A program made the position numbers and the translations under genes. Below, one piece after another: positions 51,736 through 64,000 of a DNA stretch of 64,000 nucleotides (positions are counted from its first letter, which is position 1; each line of letters opens with the position of its first letter). The stretch covers positions 200,694,001 to 200,758,000 of the forward strand of contig NC_042997.1 of assembly GCF_006345805.1 (NCBI RefSeq), given 5' to 3'. The DNA is from Octopus sinensis. Lineage: Eukaryota. Under the pieces are notes generated by a model. That model had not been told where the DNA came from. It did no database searches and saw only the letters and a list, made by a program, of their open reading frames with translations.

Positions 51736-51763
51736 TACATACAAACATACATACATACATATA

Positions 51764-51815
<52 letters not shown>

Positions 51816-51840
51816 TATATAATATATATATAATAAAATA

Positions 51841-52312
51841 TTAGGGAATAAATCCAAACTTACAGGGAAAAATCAGATTTAGGATTGAATCCAATTTTAT
51901 AGTAAAATATTATATTATATTAAATTAGAGATAAAACCACTATTAGGCAAATCAAACAATGAAAAACTTAAGCCAATACATAAAATTAATTAATTTATAT
52001 TATTTTAAATATATATCAAAATTATTAAAAGTTTAATAAAAGATAATGAGTAAAACACTACGATCGTTTCATGGCTGTCCAATTCGTAATAATTCGAGTT
52101 ATTGAAGATTGACTGTAACCATAACTCGAATTATTACGAATTGGACAGCCATGAAACGATCGTAGTGTTTTACTCTTTATCTTTTATTAAACTTTTAATA
52201 ATTTTGATATATATTTAAAATAATATAAATTAATTAATTTTATGTATTGGCTTAAGTTTTTCATTGTTTGGTTTGCCTAATAGTGGTTTTATCTCTAATT
52301 TAATATAATATA
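51841..52312. mobile_element. Penelope-like element with near-perfect 192-bp fold-back arms
   Basis: 51911-52102 versus reverse complement of 52121-52312, 2 mismatches, 18-nt loop; constant head TAGGGAATAAATCCAAACTTACAGGGAAAA shared with 55750-55810, 56470-56540 and 57645-57700. Confidence 0.8.
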
Positions 52313-52405
52313 TAATATAAATTAGAGATAAAACCACTATTATGCCACTCAAACAGTGATATACTTAAACCAATACATAAATCCTTTTAAAAATATTATT
52401 ATTAT

Positions 52406-52477
52406 TCAGGTCACTGCCTGGAATCAAACTCGGAATCTTGGGGTTAGTAGCCCGCGCTCTTAACCACTACGCCACAT
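52406..52477 (-). mobile_element. short tRNA-derived SINE head followed by (AAT)n
   Basis: TGGCGTAGTGG A box and GAGTTTGATTCC B box; acceptor and anticodon stems do not pair as in a real tRNA. Confidence 0.6.
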
Positions 52478-53220
52478 AACCCGCGAGCATATACAGAGCT
52501 ATAAATCAAATGTTGATATATCTTAAATCAAACAATGAATTCCTGTAAACAATTGTTTTTTTTCCCAAAGCTGTACTTAAACTATCTTTCGTTATTTATA
52601 TTTATACAATTGGTTCCTAAACCGCTGACTTCAGCCTTGACAGCAATGTTTACAACCCAGCTCACAGAATTCAGCAGATACAATCGACAAACATTGAATG
52701 CAGATAATTATTTTACTGTCTCTGCTTGGAACAATAGAAACTGTGACAAAATTCAAATAAATAACTTCCTTGGATCCCACAACACCACAATTGCAGTTGT
52801 TGATTCTTTCACTATCATTACTTCCTTTATTTTAGTCACTGGACTACGGCCATGCTGGGGCAGAGTCTCACATATTTTAACTAATCGTTTCCATTCGAGA
52901 ATTTCGTTCACTCGTTTACTTATTTTATCGAATTCTATCGAATGGATATGTGACATTCTTGACAGATAGGGATATATAATTCGACTCATTATTTACACAC
53001 TTATATAAAATATATATTCTCCTCTATAGAAGGAACATGGTCGTTTCCATAGCGATAATATAGTTTCTTCAATTTAATCGTGTTTGACTTCGTTTGGATT
53101 TTAGAAATTCCCTCTCGCTGTTGAACTGATTCTATTATCTCAGCGAAATTATTTACATATAAAACTTCTACTGGTCTGCACTCCTGAATTCTTTCATAAA
53201 CTTTAAAGGATAATAATTCA

Positions 53221-53773
53221 TAATTCCTCCTACTGAAAGTACACGGATTTGAAATTTTAGGGGCGGTGTATAGTCGATTACATCGACCCCACTACTTGAT
53301 TTGGTACTTAATTTATCGACCCCGAAAGGATTAAAGGCAAAGTCGACGTCGGCGGAATTTGAACCCAGAACGTAGCAGCAGACGAAATACTTATTTCTTT
53401 ACTACCCACAAGGGGCTAAACACAGAGGAAAAACAAGGACAGATAAACGTATTAAATCGATTATATCGACCCCAGTGCGTAATTGGTACTTATTTAATCG
53501 ACCCCGAAAGGATGAAAGGTAAAGTTGACCTCGGCGGAATTTGAACTCAGAACGTAGCGGCAGACGAAATACCGCTAAGCATTTCATCCAGCGTGCTAAA
53601 GTTTCTGCCAGCTCGCCGCCTTAGGATAGTCTTTTCTACTCTAGACACAAAGCCGTAAGTTTTGGGGAAGGCGCCAGTCGATTAGATCGACCACAGTGCG
53701 CAACTGGCACTTAATTTATCGACCCCGAAAGGATGAAAGGCAAAGTTGACCTTGGCGGAATTTGAACTCAGAA
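53221..53773 (-). mobile_element. SINE family A dimer (53221-53622) plus a second, 5'-truncated copy (53623-53773)
   Basis: Repeated GGCAAAGTCGAC...GGAATTTGAAC motifs. Confidence 0.85.
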
Positions 53774-54103
53774 CTTGGCTCCCATGCTATCCGCCCACAA
53801 CAAAAATCGAACTCGGTACACATAGCAACGTTACGTTACAATTACTTTACCTCAATCGGCCCAGTTCTCTTTAATATCAAAACGGAAACAGATTCCATAA
53901 AATTCAAATGTTCACTGGACAAATTTCTTCAGAAAATCCCAGACCAACCTCCTACACCTGGATATGTCTCTAACAATAATAACTCTTTGCTAGAGTGGGC
54001 CATGGTACCGCATATATAACTAAAAGACTTCACCAGGTGGCGCTATTAAGTTAGACATGGCCTGGGCCTATACTGGCAGAAACCTATCAAAGTTATCAAA
54101 GTT
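53774..54103 (+). pseudogene. CR1-clade LINE 3' end
   Basis: NYFTSIGPVLFN...KCSLDKFLQKIPDQPPTPGY...NNSL*; (ATCAAAGTT)n tail; a 3' UTR piece recurs at 33858-33895. Confidence 0.9.
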
Positions 54104-54880
54104 ATATATGCGTCAGATAGCAGTACTTATTTAGACCTCCCAACATCTACTTTTGATTATAATTCCCTTCTTCAAATTTCAGGTGAGATTGTTTTTCAGT
54201 TTCCGTTACACAGAGTAAAGCATATGAAGTGGTACAGTATAAATAATAGAGTTTAAATGTGTAACTTCATTTCTGCTCAAAGACCTAATTTCATGTGACA
54301 TAAAAGTAAAGTGGTTAACACCAAGTCAACTTTGATTGAATAGACGAAAGCGCTTCCAACCATGCCTGCAGTTTTACTTATGGATACAATATATATATAT
54401 ATATATATATAAGTTCAAGTAGAACAATTCAAACGTTTTGAGGAGTCCACAAAGAGAGAGAATAATTTCTGATAAAAATTCATCATATTCAGAAGTATCC
54501 TGCTAGAGCAAGCAATTAGGAATATGAAAATAACAATTGAGAAAGTTCGTTATGGGTATAAAGATACCATAAACAATTATAAAAATGGAGAAAAGATGTT
54601 AAAAAAATCAAAATTAGATTTAATAAGTACATACGGACGTTTCAAAGGGCAATTCAAATATGTAAGAAAAAAAAATTATAATTAAAATTATGTATTGTCA
54701 TTCTCGTCGGTGTGAAGAATTTAAGGAAAAAACATCCCCAAAAGTTATTACTAAAAGTCAAGAAGAAAAAACAAATGGGGTAATAGGGAAAATTTAACCG
54801 GATATTTACAAATAAGTTGTGAAAAGGGGAAAAAAAATTAAGAGAAACGAAAAGGAGGGACATATCAATGTGTATGCAAG

Positions 54881-54937
<57 letters not shown>

Positions 54938-55083
54938 CATGATAGGTTTTGCAAGTTGCAGAGGGTTACTGGCTTGGGTTAACTCATCATTTTCGGTCAA
55001 TTGTTTGTATTTAAAATCTTTCGCTTCAATTTGGAGAATATATATTATTATAAGATACTATTATACAGTTATCTATCGATCTC

Positions 55084-55166
<83 letters not shown>

Positions 55167-55229
55167 CTCTATCTCTCTCTCTCTATATATATATATGTGT
55201 GTGTATATGTATATGTATATGTATATATG

Positions 55230-55284
<55 letters not shown>

Positions 55285-55286
55285 TA

Positions 55287-55737
55287 TATATAAATTGGGG
55301 AAAAACCACTATTATTCAATTCAAACAACGATAGACATAAACCAAATCATAAATAAAAATTGAAGTATATTTTTATAAAACATATAACTAGATCACAAAA
55401 AGTATAAAAATGAATAATCAATACATAAGTACATGGTCGTTCACATATACGTCCTTATACGTATATACGTTCACATATACGCCTTAACCCTAACACTCGG
55501 ACACACACACGCGCGCACGCACGCACGCACACACATATGGTTATGTACGCGCACTCAGGTACGTACGCATATTCAAATATATGTATATAATATTATATAT
55601 TGTTTATTCCTTTTTATACTTTTTGTGATCTAGTTATATCTTTTATAAAAAATATATTTAATTTTTTTATTTATGATTTGGTTTATGTCTATCATAGTTT
55701 GAATTGCATAATAGTGGGTTTTTTCTCCAATTTATAT
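55287..55737. repeat. fold-back inverted repeat, ~137-bp imperfect arms
   Basis: 55287-55423 versus reverse complement of 55598-55737. Confidence 0.85.
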
Positions 55738-55808
55738 ATTATATATATTGTGAAATTTGATTTAATACTAAATTGAATTTTTCCCTGTAAGTTTGGAGTT
55801 ATACTCCC

Positions 55809-55837
<29 letters not shown>

Positions 55838-55839
<2 letters not shown>

Positions 55840-56352
55840 GAGTGAGCGAGCAGAGCATGCCATCAAAGTGACACTGGGGTAAAATATACGAAGCCCAGTA
55901 TACCCATCATGACTACCCGTCTGATAAGGGTACACCAGGCACATGCATCATAACCATATGTGCGCGACATGGTGATCTCATATCAAGATAAACAGCACAT
56001 GACCTTGCAGGTGGGGCCCAGTTAGAATTTTCTTCAGATCGAGTAGCCCATCCCGCTCAAAAGGTCCCTGAATAAGGGTTGTTTAAGGACGTTGAACGAA
56101 ACACCCATGTTTCCAGAGGTGAATTATTCAAACCCCAAAGAATCCTTCTTAACACATGGCTATGTTGCACCCCCACTACTTCTGCTCGTGATCAGAGTTG
56201 CACATATCGTCAGCCACTAAGGGACATGCTCAACTGGTTAAGGTCAAACAACTGACAAGCAAATCTGTGGTATTGAGCAGAATATTTGCTGTAGCCCATC
56301 TTTTATACCAAGACAAAACAATGTACATGATAACACTTCCAATCAGTTAAGA

Positions 56353-56353
<1 letters not shown>
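55838..56353 (-). mobile_element. second, 5'-truncated copy of the 640-bp element, in (ATT)n
   Basis: Reverse complement aligns with 48846-49362. Confidence 0.85.
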
Positions 56354-56400
<47 letters not shown>

Positions 56401-56469
56401 GGTTGTATTTCTATATATACGTATGTGTGCTTAGTATGTATGGATATATATATATATATAATAAATATT

Positions 56470-56638
56470 ACGGAATAAATCCAAATTTACAGGGAAAAAA
56501 ATAAGATTTAGGATTAAATCCAATTTTATAGTAAAATATTATATAATATTAATTAGAGACAAAACCACTATTTTGCAAAACAATGTATTGATTAAGTCTT
56601 TCCTTGTTTGTTTTGCAAAATAGTGGTTTTGTCTCTAA

Positions 56639-56650
<12 letters not shown>
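56470..56650. mobile_element. Penelope-like head with perfect 43-bp fold-back (family of 51841)
   Basis: 56541-56583 is the reverse complement of 56608-56650. Confidence 0.8.
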
Positions 56651-56671
<21 letters not shown>

Positions 56672-57697
56672 TTAGGAAGTTTGGAGATGATGTGCAGGTA
56701 TTATATATTAGAAGAAGTGGGGTACTCAGAAATCTGGATGGTTTTATATTTACAGATATTTATTAGTATGTTACATGTTTTTATAAATCATATATCCTAT
56801 ATTAGCGCCAGTTTATTATGTTGATGCTCCTTCATTGAACAGGAAAAGAAGTGATTATTCTATGAGATAATTTGGTGAATATTACAATTCTTAAACGTAA
56901 GATAATTGGCTGTTATAAAACATAGTGAAGTTGTCGATCGAAATTTTTGTAATTATGTAACTAATTAATGTAGCGCAAAAATCCCCTAAATCAAATTTAC
57001 TAAACAAGGCAAAGATCGAACTAACCATATTGAATTTAGTTCCAACTGACTTAAAGCTTGGTCTTTGCACATTTCCGAAGCCTGAGAATGATACCATGCA
57101 GAGATTATATCGATGAGTTAAAAATCAGAAATTTTAAGACGGCTAAAAGCTTTTGATTCTACATATGTAATTACTATTAATGTAATTGCTATTCCATGTA
57201 ATACTAAATGTAATTACTATTAAAATATAACTTTAAACTAAATTCAGTTTATTTTTGTTTACGTTCATAAGATTATACTTTATGTTCATTCTCCGAGAAA
57301 ATATTGCAATTATAAAAACTATTATCTATAAAAATGTAATAGTTTCTTTGAAAGAACATTATTTATATACCAATGGGGAAATATCAAAAAGCGTAAGCTA
57401 TTCATATGAAAATGCTGTTATATTTATAAGCACTAAATTTCTTAATGTTTCATTATATGTCATTGGTGTAACTTAGTGCAAGGTTTCCAAAATAAAGACT
57501 GATGAGCATTTAACTAAGATATATATATATATATATATATATAGAATTATATATGTATATATTAAATTATATATGTATATATTGAATTATATATTATATA
57601 TTTATACTGTATTAATATGTATATATATGTTTATACTGTAAAGTTAGATTTAATCCTCAATCTAATTTTTCCCTGTAAGTTTGGATTTACTCCCTAA

Positions 57698-57801
<104 letters not shown>

Positions 57802-58814
57802 CAACGTGAAGTTGTAAGATACCGCACGAGTGGAAATATATATGAAAGAAGGTTTGAAAATTGCATTTTCAAACCTTTCATATATATATATATATATTTA
57901 TTTATAATACTTTGGTTTTTGCGAATACATGGGTAATATTTTCCTGCTGTTACTTGGAGGCTAAAGTAATTATATGGAAATGATATCGAGTGCATGGAAG
58001 TATAAGATATTGGAAGATTTTTTTTTAACAGTCACCACATGCTTTCCCAACAATATATTGTTCTTGCACTCGTCTTTGTACATCAAGATCCTTAAATAGA
58101 TGCGCATAAAAATACTTGGCCACCTTTGCATCTACTATAAGATAAAACTGTCGAAAATCCATAAGAAAATCACATAATCAGTAAATTGAGAATGCAAAAA
58201 TTGGTTTCCATACATGTCTTAATTAGTAGATTTAATTTCTTGTTAGTGCAGTTCAACACACCCACACGCATACGTGTGTATGCATATGTATATACTCACA
58301 GACACAGACAGTGATGCATATACAAATATATATGAATATATAGTCAATGTTGTATGAATATATATGTGTGTGTGTATGTACAAAAGTTAAGGTATGGAGT
58401 AGATAAGATCTGGTCTACATATGTTTCATGAGGAGTGGAACCTCAGATGTGGTAAATATCCAAGTGAGGTGTATACCGCAGGCTACTCTTCAGGGCAAGG
58501 ATATCTTGATTAAATGAAGGTTTACATGGTTGCAAGGAGGTACGTGTTAACACATGGAAGATTCAGAATCAGAATGTGTAGAAAGAACAGGAGTGGAGAA
58601 TATAAATGTAGAGAGAAATTAGGGTTGCAAAAAAGAAAAAGGAAAAAATAAGACAACATAAGAGAGTTAGAAGAATGAGGAATTTAAGCAAGGTTATTTG
58701 ACTAGTAATATTCAATAGAGCTAATTTGGCCAAGTCGCAGAAATTAGCAAGGGGTATATCAATATCTATATCTATATCTATATCTATATCTATATCTATC
58801 TATATCTATATCTA

Positions 58815-58908
<94 letters not shown>

Positions 58909-59459
58909 ACTCTGATCTTGTCATTTAGGAGTCCGTTGTTTCAGTGGATATAACATATAGTTTATTTTCACAGAAGCCACAAACAATTGAGGCTGTAGTG
59001 TACTGGTTGCTGATATACAGTATAAAGCACGTGATAATAAAGTTGTGAATGTCATAGTCTTCCAAAACCGTGTACAGTTTCATAATGTTGTGCTCGATCT
59101 TTTATCTGTCTAACTACGAATTTATGATTTAAGAAACGAATTTATTATCCTAACTCTCACTTTACTCAGTCGCCTGTCACGTTGTTAAAATTTGGTAGAG
59201 CGTATGTTGTTGCTCACCGCAAATTGATACTAATATACAGATATGTTTGTACCAACTAACAGTCAAGCTTCACCACGGTTGATCAGCGTGCTTGTACCAA
59301 TCAAACCTGCCTAAAATTCTACTCTGCCCTCTTGAAAATATAGGGTTGTTTGGCTGACATAAATTTATATAAGCTGAGCACAGACAAACGATCTGGCCCT
59401 AGTTGGAGTATCGGTAATATGGCTTAGTTACTGTTGATACAGAGGTGCACGTGTATGTA

Positions 59460-60024
59460 TTGGGTTGTCCGGAAAGTTCGCGCCGGTTTTTAAAGGAAAG
59501 AAAAAGGTCAATAAATACTTGTCATTACATTTTTAATCAACCAAATATGAAACATTTTGTTGCACAATGCATCTCTATCTTTCCTTTAACTTGAAAATAC
59601 CCTCTTCCCAGAATTGAGGTGGTTTCATGGCAAAGAATTCATCAAGGTATCTTTTTACGTCATTCAAGAAATTGAAATTTTTACCATTAAGACTATTCTG
59701 CAGAGACCTGAATAAGTGGAAATCCGAAGGAGCAATATCTGGTGAATATGGAGGGTGGGGTAACACATCCCAGCCGAGCTGCAGCAATATTTATCTGGTT
59801 CCCAAAGCATCAAGTGCCGAAAATGAACTTTCTTATCTTCCATTTTAAAGGGTTACAGAATTAAAACAGGTTATAGGAGCATAAACCTTCTTCCAGGAAA
59901 GATAGCTTAAACTGTGCTCTAAATGGAGGTGTAGTCAAATACTATTTCATGGACGCAACCATGTTCTAAAATAAGTCGAAGAGTAAGCTGCTATAAATCG
60001 GCATGAACTTTCCGGACAACCCAA
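59460..60024 (-). mobile_element. internally deleted mariner element (565 bp)
   Basis: TIRs TTGGGTTGTCCGGAAAGTTC at both ends with TA TSDs; transposase C-terminus LGWDVLPHPPYSPDIAPSDFHLFRSLQNSL...WEEGIFKLKERW. Confidence 0.95.
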
Positions 60025-60039
60025 TATATAAAAACAAAC

Positions 60040-60294
60040 TAGCACTTCTTCGGTTACGACGACGTGAGTTCCAGTTGATCCGATCAACGGGAAATCCTGC
60101 TCGGGAAATTAACGTGCAAGTGGCTGAGCACTCCACAGACACGTATACCCTTAACTTAGTTCTCAGGGAGATTCAGTGCGATACAGAGTGTGACAAGGCT
60201 GGCCTCTTTCAAATACAGGTATTACTCATTTTAGCCAGCTGAGTAGACCAGAGCAACGTGAAATAAAGTGCCTTGCTCAAGGATACAATGCACC
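60040..60294 (-). mobile_element. SINE fragment (family related to 46160)
   Basis: CTTGAGCAAGGCACTTTATTTCACGTTGCTC...TGCACGTTAATTTCCCGAG. Confidence 0.7.
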
Positions 60295-60440
60295 TATTTT
60301 GTTTTGTCTCCACCTTACTATCTCCATATCAGTCCCTTTGAATTTCTTTTATAGCTAGTCTTGACGAAAAAGCTGGAAGTTCAGTTCTCATTCATTCGAG
60401 CACTACTGGACGTTTTCCGTACTAAACTTATTCAGTTCTG

Positions 60441-60523
<83 letters not shown>

Positions 60524-60766
60524 TGCCTGCGTGCGTATGACCTCCCCTCGCAAATACTAATCGGAAACAGAATGTGTGTCGTTAGCCACTTGGAAGAGAT
60601 GACTTCCTGGGGCTATAAACATCAGTAGTACTGTCGCGTATAGGAAGCCACACTTGGTTGACAATTTTATGTTGCGATTCCGTATTGCTACTGTTTACAT
60701 CTCGCTCAGGGTGCGTGGGTGTGTGTGTTTGTGTGTGTCTATGTATATATGTGTGTGTATATATAT

Positions 60767-61080
60767 AGACCCCCTTCGGTCATAAATGACCATAGGATTG
60801 CACCTAGAAAGTTACTCTCCTAGGCACAAGTCCGGGGAACAGTCGCCCATGCATACCGGCCTCCCCTCTCCACGCCACCAGTGTTATCCAAGGGAAAGGC
60901 AAAGGGGCTAATACAGCTTGGCACCTGTGATGTCGCAACTCATTTCTACAGCTGAGTGAACTGGAGCAACGTGAAACAAAGTGTCTTGCCCAAGAGCACA
61001 ACACACAGCCAGGTCCGGGATTCGAACTCACAACCTCACGATCGTAAGCTCGACACTCTAACCACTGAGCCATGCGCCTT
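60767..61080 (-). mobile_element. SINE family C
   Basis: Full-length homolog of 17379-17710. Confidence 0.9.
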
Positions 61081-61132
61081 CACTTTTATATATACATATA
61101 CATACATGCATGCATATATATATATACATACA

Positions 61133-61438
61133 GACCAATGCCTTGTGAGTGGATTTGGTAGACGGAAACTGAAAGAAGCCTGTCGTAATATGTATGTATA
61201 TATATATATGTATGTGTGTGTGTTTGTGTGTCTGTGTTTGTTCCCCTAGCATTGCTTGACAACCGATGCTGGTGTGTTTACCTCCCCGTCACTTAGCGGT
61301 TCGGCAAAAGACACCGATAGAATAAGTACTGGGCTTACAAAGAATAAGTCCTGGAGTCGATTTGCTCGACTAAAGGCGGTGCTCCAGCATGGCTGCAGTC
61401 AAATGACTGAAACAAGTAATAGAGTAATAGAGTAGAGT
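61133..61438 (+). mobile_element. SINE family B, 5'-truncated, (AGAGT)n-like tail
   Basis: Homology to the other B copies. Confidence 0.85.
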
Positions 61439-61521
61439 ATACATACATGCATATATATATATATATATTATATATATATACATACATGCATGCATGCATA
61501 TATATATATATATATATATAA

Positions 61522-61564
<43 letters not shown>

Positions 61565-62745
61565 AGAGCTAGGATGCTAAAGGAATTAACATGAAGTGCA
61601 CTTAACTATTGAGGCTCTGATGTAACTCTAAGTTGTTACTCAGGTACACAACTATGAGCCCAGCGCATCTTATAGTGGGAATTATCTCTGTAAGCTAATG
61701 TAGTTCATAAGATAATCGTTTATCTCTTTTGTCATCTCTTTTCTTATTACTGCTCTGTACTCGACAAACCCTTCATTCACAAGCAAACGTAAATTGGCTT
61801 CTACACCAGGTCGGTAGTCTTGCAATGGCTAAGCAATATGTGTGTGTGTGTGCGCGCGTTTGTAGATATATATGCATATGTGTATGTGTGTATATATATA
61901 TATATATATGTATGCATATGCGTGTGTGTATATATATATGTATGTATATGTGTATGTGTGTGTGCATATATATATATTTATATATATATGTATATGTGTG
62001 TGCGTATATATATATATATGTATGTATATGTGTATGTGTGTATATGTGTGTGCATGTGTGTGTGCATATATATATATATGTGTGTGTATATATATATATA
62101 TATAAAATGTATGTATATGTGTCTGTGTGTATGTGTGTGTGTGCGTGTGTAAGTGTGTGTGTGTATGAATGTTTGCTCGTGTAAGTAAATTCTTAATACC
62201 GTTTCTGAAAGAAATCATGTTCGAAAATCCAATATATTTTGTTTTTAACCAGCGTCAGACATTTGTTCACTTCTGCTCCCTGAAGGCGTTATAACTTATA
62301 CTTCCTTTCAAAAATATATAATAATGATAGAATGACAGAATGACAGAATGATAGAATATTTCAAACTCGCATTCCCTTATATTGCCAACGTTCATGTCAA
62401 ATAAGTAAAAACAAAAGAACTAATCAAATATTTGATCTTTAATTACAAAAAGAAATACTTTAACGTCTCTAATATTAAAGTAATTTGACATTATTCTCAC
62501 CTTTTCTACTTAAATTACAAACTGGGAAAAGATTAACCAGCTGTAATCATTGACACAGGGACATTTCTTTCATTGTTGTGATGATCCAAAAGATGAGATT
62601 TCAAAGATGCTAAAATGAAATTTTCTTCGCATCTTTACAATTTTCATCAATTCCTGCCTGCAGCGGAGTTGGAATCATCAATGGTTCAAAGACAAGTCGA
62701 TTTATTAGCGGAAGTTTAGGATTCTTAAAAGGAGAGAATTTCTTC

Positions 62746-62777
<32 letters not shown>

Positions 62778-63072
62778 CTTCTTTTCTTCTTCTTCTTCTT
62801 CTCTTCTTCTTCTTCTTCTTCTTCTTCTCCTTCGTCTTCTTCTTCTTCTTCTTCTTCTTCTTCTTCTTCTTCTTCTTCTTCTTCTTCTTCTTCTTCTTCT
62901 TCTCCTTCGTCTTCTTCTTCTTCTCTTCTCTTCTTCTTCTTCTTCTCCTCCGTCTTCTTCTTCTTATCTTCTTCTTCTTCTTCTTCTTCTTCTCCTCCGT
63001 CTTCTTCTTCTTCTTCTTCTTCTTCTTCTTCTTCTTTTTCTTCTTCTTCTTCTCCTTCTTCTTCTCCTTCTT
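62746..63072. repeat. (TTC)n microsatellite
   Basis: Direct reading; explains the poly-K/R/E ORF. Confidence 0.95.
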
Positions 63073-63075
63073 ATT

Positions 63076-63280
63076 GCGATGAGCTGGCAGAAACGTTAGC
63101 ACGCCGGGCGAAATGCTTAGCGATATTTCGTCTGTCGTTACATTCTGAGTTCAAATTCTGCCGAGGTCGACTTTACCTTTCATCCTTTCGGGGTCGATAA
63201 ATTAAGTACCACTTGCGTACTGGAGTCGATACAATCGACAAGTCCCCTTTCCCAAATTTGAGGCCTTGTAGAAATGATTA
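63076..63280 (+). mobile_element. SINE family A variant with alternative 3' tail
   Basis: A head and core, then ...CCCAAATTTGAGGCCTTGT and (ATT)n. Confidence 0.85.
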
Positions 63281-63294
63281 TGATTATTATTATT

Positions 63295-63840
63295 CCTTCG
63301 TAACACAGTGTAGGTAAAAATGCACCGGAGTCTTTAGTCATCTGTCAAGTGACAACAAGGACCTCAGGCAGATGATACTTTCCTTGAGATGTGTGCTGTG
63401 CCCAATAAGGCTGCTTTTTGCAAGACATCAATCTTGCATGGGATTTCCAGTTGCCTTAAGAAGTCTTGAAGTTTCAATGGGATTGAGCCCAACACTCCGA
63501 TCACTTCTGGTGTCACTTATACATTACCCTCTTACATTCCATACAGTCTTGCCATTTCCACTTTAAGTTCGGAGTACTTAGTGATTTTTCAACCTCTTTA
63601 CTCACAACATTCATGTCATTTGGTGTGGCTTACAGCAATGATCTGACAGAATTTATCTCTCTTATTCAATAGGACAATATCCGGCTGAAAATGTTCGATT
63701 ACACGATCCGTCTGAAAATCATAGTCCCAGGGTGTCGTTACTTTTCCATCCTCCTGCATAAATTTACTTGGTACATGCTCATACCAGTTCTCTGTTACTT
63801 CATATTGGTATTTACGGCATAAGAGCCAATGAAGATACAA
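63295..63840 (-). pseudogene. R4/Dong-type LINE 3' fragment with (TAA)n tail
   Basis: YLHWLLCRKY...WYEHVP...WDYDFQTDRVIEHFQPDIVL...IIAV; later LQKAALIG. Confidence 0.85.
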
Positions 63841-63909
63841 TTTACAGCATAAGAGCCAATATCCTCCTCCTCCTCCTCCTCCTCCTCATCATCATCATCA
63901 TCATCATCA

Positions 63910-63962
<53 letters not shown>

Positions 63963-64000
63963 TTATTGTCTTTGCACAACTTCTAACGCTGGAGATGTAT

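Noticed and set aside
52406-52477. tRNA gene (also the SINE heads elsewhere)
   Set aside because: A and B boxes are present but cloverleaf stems do not pair; these are SINE heads
56900-57110. Open frames on both strands
   Set aside because: No recognisable domain or splice junctions
57836-57888. Small hairpin ATATATATGAAAG...CTTTCATATATAT
   Set aside because: Short, AT-rich and within a repeat fragment; nothing indicates function

Overview
AT-rich, microsatellite-saturated, non-coding eukaryotic DNA. The SINE families and repeat style point to an octopus genome; this is inferred from recognising the repeats, not from a database search. I cannot support any host protein-coding gene: almost all of the supplied ORFs are read-throughs of (AT)n, (CA)n, (TATC)n, (TACA)n or trinucleotide tracts, and the rest are transposon remnants. 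The window holds several tRNA-derived SINE families (some as head plus 3 tandem bodies) and decayed LINE fragments (R4/Dong-type with restriction-like endonuclease, CR1, RTE). It also holds mariner, hAT and piggyBac-type non-autonomous DNA elements, Helitron-like elements, a Crypton-like palindromic element, a 700-bp tandem array and many fold-back inverted repeats. The most interesting signal is a dense set of about 14 minimal type I hammerhead-ribozyme-like cassettes (stem I-CUGANGA-stem II-GAA-palindromic stem III-NUH-stem I). They sit in several unrelated Penelope-like fragments, often inside or next to long inverted repeats. Three keep a canonical core (7868-7953 +, 8328-8403 +, 45438-45485 -), one has a compensatory G3:C8 core swap (37933-37983 -), and three have U at core position 6. 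All structures were folded by eye and need computational and biochemical confirmation.
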